DNA from: an uncultured bacterium
GTDB lineage: Bacteria; Patescibacteriota; Minisyncoccia; Phycocordibacterales; CAIZLB01
Direction: 5' to 3'
Length of the DNA: 48,192 nt
Assembly: GCA_903864515.1 (NCBI GenBank)
Contig: CAIPFZ010000009.1
Span: 1 to 48,192, forward strand
The notes under the pieces are model-generated. The model saw only the letters and a list, made by a program, of their open reading frames with translations, had not been told where the DNA came from and searched no databases. How positions within the stretch are numbered: position 1 is the stretch's first letter; the number at the start of each line of letters is the position of its first letter. Shown here piece by piece: positions 28,129 to 37,600 of the stretch. The translations under genes were made by a program, and so were the position numbers.

Positions 28129-28131
28129 ATT

Positions 28132-29211
28132 TTAAATTTTAGACATCTTATTTACTCTATCTTCTTCCATTGATTCATAAGTAAATTCTTGTTTATACCT
28201 AACAACATCCGTCATTCCAGGATTTTCATCCATAAATACTCCGTATGCGTCTCCCCCTTTGTTATTTATTAGACTTTCAAATAGTGCAACCTGTTCAAAG
28301 TCCCATTTAAAATTATCTTCCACCTTTTCAAGTCTTTGATTAAATATGGCCCTGATAACCATTGATAATTCATATGAATCAGCACCCAAATATCTACATC
28401 TTCTGATTGTCATCTTTACATCTCTTGCATGAATTGTGGTTATGACGGTGTGCCCCGTTAAAGCAAGATTCATAACACTTTTCATTGTGTCAGAATCTCT
28501 AACCTCCCCAACATAAATAACATCTGGATCCTGTCTCATTGAAGCTTTAAGAGCTTGTGAGTAATTAAAGCCAGACTGAGGTCTGATCTGAACCTGTCTT
28601 AAACCTTCAAGCCTTCTTTCAACCGGGTCTTCTATTGTTAGTATCTGTTTATTTTCTTCAATCAAAGACGTCAACAAACTATATGCACTTGTTGACTTAC
28701 CGCTCCCCGTTGGACCAGAGAATATGACAAGCCCAGGAGACACCCTTAAACTATTGATTAAATTCTCAAAAATACCTTGGGACATCCCCGCGTCAGTTAA
28801 ATATTGAATTTGAAGACTTGCAGAATCAAGTATACGAAGGACCATACACTCACCATCAACTCCAGGAATTGTTGCAGCACGAACTCTGTAATTTAAATGA
28901 CCAAAACTACCATCTTGAGGTATGTCTTTAATATCAATACGCATCTGAGACAAAATCTTATACCTACCAATTAATTCAATATATTGTTCATGATTAATGA
29001 AGCGTGGAATACTCATGTGACCTTTTATTCTAAATCTAATTTCAACTTTTATCTTAGATGGTTGAATATGGACATCTGATGCCCCTAATTTTACAGCATC
29101 AATAATAAGTGCATCAGCCTGATCAACTGAGTTTTTGGAATTAATATAGAGTAATGGTTCAATAATAGCAGTTTCTATTTCTTCATTATTTTCATTTATT
29201 TCTTGTATCAT
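28132..29211 (-). CDS. pilB: type IV pilus / T2SS assembly ATPase (GspE/PilB family, short form)
   Basis: ASDVHIQP, PQDGSF, Walker A GPTGSGKST, Asp box TIEDPVE, Walker B VGEVRD, His box GHTVITTIHA. Confidence 0.9.
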   Translation of the reverse strand: MIQEINENNEEIETAIIEPLLYINSKNSVDQADALIIDAVKLGASDVHIQPSKIKVEIRFRIKGHMSIPRFINHEQYIELIGRYKILSQMRIDIKDIPQDGSFGHLNYRVRAATIPGVDGECMVLRILDSASLQIQYLTDAGMSQGIFENLINSLRVSPGLVIFSGPTGSGKSTSAYSLLTSLIEENKQILTIEDPVERRLEGLRQVQIRPQSGFNYSQALKASMRQDPDVIYVGEVRDSDTMKSVMNLALTGHTVITTIHARDVKMTIRRCRYLGADSYELSMVIRAIFNQRLEKVEDNFKWDFEQVALFESLINNKGGDAYGVFMDENPGMTDVVRYKQEFTYESMEEDRVNKMSKI

Positions 29212-29322
29212 GAAAACACCATATCAAATCAAGATGATATTTCTATAAAGATTTTCTAAAGAATTGCTGGAGATTTTATGTAGCAAAGATACGGAGTTTT
29301 AATATACATGAGGGATAACTTT

Positions 29323-30162
29323 TTAGACCCTGTATTCCCCTACCCCCAACCTCTTTATTGAATATGCTAGCGCCGGCACTTTTAATTTATCCCCAATAAG
29401 TTCTGCAAGTGTTCTCATATATGAACCACTACCACACCTTACCCTTATTTTTATAATTGGATATTCAATTTCTTCCTTTATTTTTTTTGATTTGTTTTTT
29501 GCAAAGACTTTACTATTCCACTCATTCAATATGTTTTCCTGTCTAAAATCTCCTTTAACTTTTGCAATTCTCCTTACTATATTATTTTGTAAATCATCAA
29601 CTGACATTAAACTCAAATCTAAAAAATCAATTTTCTGAATGGACAATTTTGTCATAGGTCTTAAGAATACTTCTTGACCCCTTTCCCCCACATCATCTGA
29701 ACTATCCTCATCTGCAAATTCCCTCGCCCATTCATACAGTGGCTTTCCTTCAAATGTCTTGGAAGAAAACCATGGATACGGCACCTCCATTTCTCCAACA
29801 AAAGATTCACAAATATTCTGAACGTTCTTCAGGTCAAATACAACATCACCCAAGACAGCTTGATTAACAAGCCCCAAAATATCTCCTGTATCAGTACTTA
29901 CTCCTAATAGAATCTCTACCTCATATTCCTTACTAAGCCCCAAGAATTCATCCTTAGACTTTATAGCCTCCCCACGCAAATATATCATTAACCCTTCTGC
30001 CATTGGATCAAGTCTTCCAGCATAAGTGAATTTATCACTATATGGCAAAAAACCTTCATCTTTTAACCTGCCAAGACACTCAAGTGGAGTCTCTCCTTCT
30101 TTTTTATATGCCACAAAAATATCGTTTTGTGTATGCTTAATGTGATTGTCTAAATTACTCAT
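29323..30162 (-). CDS. TruB-family tRNA pseudouridine synthase-like protein
   Basis: AGRLDPMAEGL (catalytic Asp motif) and KEYEVEILLGVSTDTGDILG; ATG 30162 chosen (Met25 of the tracked ORF). Confidence 0.65.
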   Translation of the reverse strand: MSNLDNHIKHTQNDIFVAYKKEGETPLECLGRLKDEGFLPYSDKFTYAGRLDPMAEGLMIYLRGEAIKSKDEFLGLSKEYEVEILLGVSTDTGDILGLVNQAVLGDVVFDLKNVQNICESFVGEMEVPYPWFSSKTFEGKPLYEWAREFADEDSSDDVGERGQEVFLRPMTKLSIQKIDFLDLSLMSVDDLQNNIVRRIAKVKGDFRQENILNEWNSKVFAKNKSKKIKEEIEYPIIKIRVRCGSGSYMRTLAELIGDKLKVPALAYSIKRLGVGEYRV

Positions 30163-30196
30163 ATTAGGATACAATAATACCACTAAATTAAAAAAT

Positions 30197-30772
30197 ATGA
30201 GAAAACTTTTTTTTGACATTGAAACAAGAAACACTTTTCAGGAGGTCGGCAAGGCAGATCCAGCTGCGTTAGATATTTCCGTAGTCTGTGCATATGACTC
30301 TGAGACAGAAGCTTATACAAGCTATACTCAAGAGGACTTACATAAATTATGGCCTTTAATTGAACAGTCTGATGTACTTGTAACATTCAACGGTGACCAC
30401 TTTGATATCCCCCTACTTAACAAGTACTATCCTGGCAATTTATTACAGAAAAAGAGTCTAGACCTTTTAAAGGAAGTTAAAAAATCTCTAGGATTCAGGG
30501 TGGGGCTTGGAGTAATTGGACAAGGAACACTGAATGCTGGAAAAAGTGCCCACGGACTTGAGGCTGTTGAGTGGTGGAAAAAGGGTGAGATAGACAAGAT
30601 AATTAAATACTGTCTTGATGATGTTAAAATAACCAAAGAGGTACATGACTATGCTATTGCTAATAAAAAGCTTAAGTACAAGGAAGGTGAGGCCATAATT
30701 GAGTTCCCAATAGATACCAAGGACTGGGAAGACACGGGGGAAAATAAGATGAATTTTACACTCCCCTTTTAA
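30197..30772 (+). CDS. RNase H-fold 3'-5' exonuclease-like protein
   Basis: FFDIET, FNGDHFDIP and YCLDDV acidic motifs (DEDD-like); start at ATG 30197. Confidence 0.55.
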   Translation: MRKLFFDIETRNTFQEVGKADPAALDISVVCAYDSETEAYTSYTQEDLHKLWPLIEQSDVLVTFNGDHFDIPLLNKYYPGNLLQKKSLDLLKEVKKSLGFRVGLGVIGQGTLNAGKSAHGLEAVEWWKKGEIDKIIKYCLDDVKITKEVHDYAIANKKLKYKEGEAIIEFPIDTKDWEDTGENKMNFTLPF

Positions 30773-30781
30773 TATTTAATT

Positions 30782-30790
30782 TGTTATAAT
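30782..30790 (+). promoter_or_regulatory. extended -10 promoter box (TGTTATAAT)
   Basis: 6 nt upstream of ATG 30797. Confidence 0.5.
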
Positions 30791-30796
30791 ACCAAC

Positions 30797-31534
30797 ATGC
30801 AAAACAACGAACAAACACAAAGTAGAATGTCATTGCAAACAATGATAATACCGATAGCAATAATAATTGCAGGAGGATTAATAGCTGGAGGAATATATAT
30901 GACCGGTACTTCACAGAAGGCAGGAACTGCCCCACTTGGCGCTCAAAAAGCCAATATAGTAGTTGAGCCGGTAACTACAGCCGATCACGTATTAGGAGAC
31001 CCTAAGACTGCAAAGGTTACAATTATTGAGTACTCAGATTTGGAATGTCCATTCTGTAAAACATATCATGAGACTCTTTCAAAAATTTACGATGAGAACA
31101 AAGCAAGTGGAAAACTAGCGTGGGTATTCAGACACGCTCCAATTGTTGAACTTCACAGTAAAGCTCCAAAGGAGGCAGAAGCAACTGAGTGCGCAGCTGA
31201 GCTTGGTGGTAACGCAGTATTTTGGAAGTATCTTTCAGAATTATTCGCAACTACACCAACAAACAATGGGCTTAATCAAGAGAAACTTTATGAGATTGCA
31301 AGTAACTCTGGTCTAGATTCAAAAGCATTTAAAAAATGTCTAGATAGTGGAAAATATGCTATGAAGATAAATGAACAAATTATGGCTTCAAAAAAGGCTG
31401 GCGTTGAAGGTACTCCATATGCAGTTCTTGTAATGGACGGAAAAAATGTTCCATTAGTTGATAAAGATGGAAACGGAATGGGTGCCCTACCATATCCTCA
31501 AATGAAACAAATAATTGATCAGTTGATTAAATAA
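30797..31534 (+). CDS. DsbA-family thiol:disulfide oxidoreductase, membrane-anchored
   Basis: N-terminal TM and thioredoxin-fold CPFC active site. Confidence 0.8.
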   Translation: MQNNEQTQSRMSLQTMIIPIAIIIAGGLIAGGIYMTGTSQKAGTAPLGAQKANIVVEPVTTADHVLGDPKTAKVTIIEYSDLECPFCKTYHETLSKIYDENKASGKLAWVFRHAPIVELHSKAPKEAEATECAAELGGNAVFWKYLSELFATTPTNNGLNQEKLYEIASNSGLDSKAFKKCLDSGKYAMKINEQIMASKKAGVEGTPYAVLVMDGKNVPLVDKDGNGMGALPYPQMKQIIDQLIK

Positions 31535-31560
31535 TATAAGTAAACTAAATCAGGCTAAAA

Positions 31561-31589
31561 CCTCCGCCCAAAACAGCGGGGGTTTTTCT
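31561..31589. terminator. bidirectional terminator
   Basis: CCTCCGC-ccaaaaca-GCGGGGG followed by TTTTTCT; A-run on the other side; sits between convergent dsbA-like and giant genes. Confidence 0.65.
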
Positions 31590-31684
31590 ATTGCAAAAAA
31601 TATAACACACTCCTCACCATTACTCTCTATAAATTAGACCTTAATGCAAATATGTTTTACCTTTACCCAACCACACCCCCCCCG

Positions 31685-34600
31685 CTACCTCCTAATCGCC
31701 TTAATAAAATTATTAACATTCTCCTTAAACCACCAGAATGGCTCTTCAATTGATGTAATATTTCTATAATAACTATTATCTGTTCTATATAAGAAATCGC
31801 TAGATCTAACCTCCAACAACAGATTTCCAATTTTTAGCACGTGAACACTTCCACCCTTTGGAACAGCAACATCTACCTTAACAACATTATTTTTATCCTT
31901 TGAATATTTAACATTCTTTCCATTGAATGTAACAGCAACTTTTTTATCAATATGTCTTGCTGATACAGCCAGTACAGAATATGGATTAACATTTATTATT
32001 TGATACAAACCTCCCTTTGCATCAATTGATAGTTTTGTTGGAGTCTCTATACCATCGACAGAAACAAACAACAGATTAAGAGGCTGGAGAGTTTTAGTCT
32101 TTATAATTTGATTTAGAGTTGGAGTATTAATTGGACTATTCTCCATTGAATACAATGCAAATCCATTTATAATACCCGCGGAACTTAATTCTTTTTTAAT
32201 GGAAGGGACCGCTTCAGACAAATCAACCAACTCCTTAGGTAGTGAATCATTAAGGAATTTTTCTACATTATCCTTAATCCTAAATTTAGGCACCGTTTTA
32301 AATCCTATTGGACGAAGTCTTGCAAGTCCAGCAAGCGGATTAACAAAGCGAGAAATTCCAAAGTTTGCATCCGTGTCTCTTACAAGTTTCTCAAGATTTG
32401 ATAAATTCAAATTATTATTTAAACCATTATTTGTAATAGTACTACCGCTTGATCCAGCGCCAGCACTAGCTCCTGCATTATTGTTTGAATTACTTGGAGC
32501 AGAAGGTGTTGGGTTTGAAACCACAGGTGAATATGTACCTATAATACTTTGACCTATGTAACTTCCCCCAGAATGATTCTCACTTGGGCAACCTGTATTT
32601 GTTCCATTTCCAGCATTATTTATAATAGTTCCATACGAAGAGTTAATTGAAGATACTCCACCAGAATTTCCTCCTGGACCACAATATGTCGCTTGACCTC
32701 CTGTAGCCTGACTATTAGGAGCCGTACTTGTTGCAACAGAGTTGATAACCGTGATAGTTCCTCCGTCACCTCCACCAAGAGTTCCGTCTCCTCCACTGGC
32801 AGTAATATTTGCCGTTGTTGATGTGGATATATGAATATTACCTCCATCGCCTCCTATACCATTACTATTATCTGCCCCATCTGCAGATGTTGTTCCTGTA
32901 ACAGTCAGATTTGTAAGATTAAAGTCATACGCATCACCACCATCGTACGCACCATTACCAGATATAAATCCATCAATTTCATTACCTGAAACTCCATCGA
33001 TTGTAATATCATTTGATCCAATATAAATATCATTTCCAATATCATGCGCGATTGTAGTTGAAGAGAACAAGATTACAAAATCATCCCCAGCTGGAACAGA
33101 ACCTAGATTATCAGTGAGTGTTGCATCTTCAAACCAGTTTGCTGGATTATCCCACATTCCATCGCCAGTAGAATTAATAAATGATCTACCGTTTGGATAT
33201 GAGTGATATGTTATTGTACCAGTGACAATACCAGTAAGTGGTGCAACAACAAAACGATAAACATCAGCGTTACCTATTACAGTACCTGAGTTTACTGCAC
33301 GTCCATTGAAATATGTACGTCCCAAAATTGTTCCTGAATTAACACTTGTATCATTAAAGTATCCTATACCTTTAGTGTATCCAATGTTTGAACTTTGATC
33401 ATTAAATTTCCAAGTAGTAATTGTTGCCCCGACCCTGTCTTTAACTAATCCAAGAACTCGTCCAGTTCCCAAGAATGAAGTTGATGTAGAAAATGTTACC
33501 TTTCCATTTAGAGCTATGATATTATTTAATGTTAAATTACCAGTTGTTGTACCGCTACTGAATGATGAATCATTTGCTGTTGTGCTTCCATTTATTGTTC
33601 CACTATTGATTGAATAGTTGTTTAGGACAACATTTCCATTTATTACTCCATGATTAGTTGAACTAGCTCTCAAAACAGAATCTCCATTTATAATACCGTT
33701 ATTTAATGTATTTCCAGCAATTGAAATTCCTCCATGCATGACTCCGCTGTTACTAACATTTCCAACAAAATTAACACTACTTGTTGCAACAATTCCTGTT
33801 TGTTGAATCGTGATATTTGAAATAGATGCAGTACCATCACCCATGAGTAATCCTGCTATTGTTGTATCTCCAGTTATACTTGTTAAATCATTAACTGTGG
33901 TTGTTCCAGATGAAGTTACAGATCCAGATACTGTTGTACTTGCTATCGTAAATCCATATTGATTTCCTATTATATTTCCAGTTATAGCGTGCCCAGCTCC
34001 GTTTATAATAACGCCAGATCCTAAGATATTACAATTTTCAGCTATATCAGCTTCTAATGTATAAGTTCCAGCAAAATATAAATTACCACAATGACTTATT
34101 AGACCTGGAAAAACAGGTATTCCACCTTGAAGATATCTACTGGTCATTCCATCTCTTGGTATTAAATATTTATCAGAATTAAATACAAAACCTGTGTTTC
34201 CTTCATCGTTAAAAATTGTACTACTTGATACATTGATTGATGGACCAGTATTATTTAAATCTTTAATTCTTAAATAATTTAATGTCGATGTTCCATTTAT
34301 ACCAATTGACGCTTGTATTCCAGGAACAGTTGATTTAATTGTCAGTAAATTATCTGCATCATACCCTAGAAGTGTTGTTGATCCTGATATATTTAATACT
34401 GAACCTGATGTTAGAAATAGTGTATCTCTAATTGCAACAGCCACATTCTTTACTAGATTGATAACATTATTTACCCCATTCAATGTTTGACTCAAACCAT
34501 TAAGTGTTGCTGTTCCGTTTACAGTACCGATTGTAAACAACTTTGTATTATTAAACACAGCACTACCATTTATTATCCCGTTATTTGATGCACCATCATT

Positions 34601-37600
34601 AAACACAACGGAAAATGTATTTCCGATTGTTATTTCATTTGAAGATAAGTCATTAAATATTAAGTGAATAATATCAATTCCATCTCCTCCCTTGATTGTC
34701 CCACCGATTGAACCCGCCCATTTCATGGAGTTAGATAGATTAAATGTACCCGCTACAGCATCACTATAAATCACGTTACCTGTAATTATTCCGGAATTAT
34801 ATGCCCCACTATTGAATGTAGCATTTCCAATTATTTTTGTAGTATTATTTGTGGAATTTGAAAATATTACACCTGACGCATTTGCACCGGCAGTTAGACC
34901 CGTTGAATCAATAAATAACGGAAGCGTTGTTGTTGACCAACTTATGACAGGAGAAGTATTACCTACAAGAAATACTCCACTTGAACCAACAGGAAGGCTT
35001 CCTTTGTTGACTGAACATGACGCATCTGTAAACCAATTTGAAACATTACTCCAATTTGAGTCCGCCGTTCCACACCAATAATGAGGAGAGTATGTAAATG
35101 AACTTGTCTTCGTTGAAATTACACCTCCAGCATCAACTCCTTTTATTGATAGAGTAACGGAGCCTGATACTGCAGGGGGGATAATATCTGCTCCATCAAG
35201 TGCACAATCTGCAGTTGAAGTTGATACGAAGTTATCATATGAATAGTAACAAGAAGTGGCTGTAGACCAAGATATTATTGGTCTCCAGGCTGTTGTTGTA
35301 GATAAGTTTTGAGGAAGAAAAATGCTCGGGCTAATAACTAGTGGGTTTTTTACTAACACAAAGATATCTGGCCTAGCCACAGCAACAACCCTGTTTCCAT
35401 CAGCTGAGGAAGAAACACCTAAATATTCTCTGGTTGGATCAGAGGTGCTTTGTGCCCATGTTACACCGCCGTCTTCTGATGTGTAAATATGACCCGTGAA
35501 AACAGCAGCTGTAATTTTATTTCCGTCTGCAGACATTGTCAAATCTTTCCAAGATTTTAATCCGGCAGTTGATGTAGCCCATGTTACTCCACTATCTGAT
35601 GATAGATATATATAAGAACCTGCAATGGCAGCTAGTTTTGTTGCATCCGAAGATGCTGTAATATCAATCCAAGCCTTTGTACCGAGAGAAAGTGATCCTG
35701 TACTGGTTGCCCATGTTGCACCGCCGTCTGCTGACAAGTATATGTATCCACTATTTACTACACCTGCCGCCTTAAGACCGTTAGCTGATAGAGCAAAATC
35801 TCGCCAAGCCCTAATTGGAACACTGAGTTGAGAAGTCCATGTATTACCATAATCTTCTGATATGTATAAATAGCTATTATTTTTTGCAACAATCATTCTA
35901 GATCCATCTGCAGATGACGCAAGACCATACCAGCCTCCTGTACCTGAATTACTAGATTGAGTCCAGTTCAAACCAGAATCTGTTGAAAAGTAAATCTTAG
36001 TAACAATGTCTCCTTGGCTTGCAACAAGCTTTGTTCCATCAGCCGTTGATACAACATTCCAGCCGTAAGACGCCATTGGTGCATTGGTTCTAATCCAATT
36101 AATACCGCTATCAATTGATCTGTATATATAGCTCCCCCCAGTAAACATCTTGTCCCCGTCTATAGATACTGCAGTAGAATCTAGGTCAGCATCACTTACA
36201 CCACTCACCAGAGTCCACCCATTCAATATGTAATTGAATATTACACTTCCAATACTGACATTACTATTATCATCAGTAGATCTCAGCGATAAAGTAACAG
36301 AACCATTAGATGGAGGCAGGGAAATATCTGTTCCATTCATTGCACAATTTGCAGTTGAAGTCGACACCCAATTATTATATGAATATTGGCAATTTGTTTT
36401 TTTAAATCCCCACGTTATTGATGGTGACCATATCAAATTTGTAAGATATGAACTTGCAATAGGTCTATTGATTGTAATGTATGAATTTAAAAATTTATCA
36501 TTAGCATTAAGATCTAATATATACAAATGCTTATCATCATCAGACCTTGCGGCCAATATTTTTTTTCCATCACCTGACACTTCAATATTAAACCAGTCAC
36601 CTAACCCAGTTGATGAACGTGGCTCCCAATTATTTCCACCATCCTTTGATACATATATATAACCATCAAAAGTAGCAGCGGCAAGTGTCATTCCATCATC
36701 TGATGCCGAAACACTATACCATGCCCTGGCTACATCGTTCACACGTGAATTCCAAGTCACTCCACCATCTGTTGATACATATATAAAATTAGTACTCGCA
36801 ACGGCTACTAGCCTTGAACCATCTCCAGATGATGCGACAGCCTTCCAATCTTTATAACCCAAAGCAGTACTTGTTGCCCAATTTGCACCACCATCAGTTG
36901 ATATATATACATATCCTGTCTGACCAGATGTGTTTCCACTTGCAATCAACTTCATACCATCATTAGAAGAAGCTAGACCATACCAATATTTTGATCCCGC
37001 TGATGTACGTTGAACCCATGTTACACCACTATCTGTAGAGGTATAGATATAACCACCAAAAACTGAAGCAGCAAGATTTACACCATCGGAAGACGATGTA
37101 ACTCTAAACCAAGAACGTGTTGTAGTTCCACGAGGTACCCATGTAGCCCCACTATCTACTGAAGTATATATAAGACCATTGTTGCTAACTGCAGAAACTA
37201 ACTTAACACCATCATCAGAAGAGGCTGCTACAGCCCAAGATCTTTTAACATCAGAGGTACGCTGTACCCAAGAAGTACCACCATTACTTGATGTCCAAAT
37301 ATAATCATTGATCATATTTGCCAGTATTTTTGTACCATCATATGAAAGGGCAAAGCTGTCATAACCACTCCAACCTCTTAGACCTAATGCAGTGTTTTTA
37401 ACAAAACTATACAAGTAAGTAAAAGGAACATTTTTTATATTTACATTATTATTAGAATCAACTGTTCGTATATATAAAATATTTTGCCCATCATTTGATG
37501 GAGGTAGAATATCAGACCCCCCATTTAGACAGTTTACCGTCGAGGTCGATATAAAATTGTCATATGAATACTGACAAGTTACAAGACTTTCATTATTGAC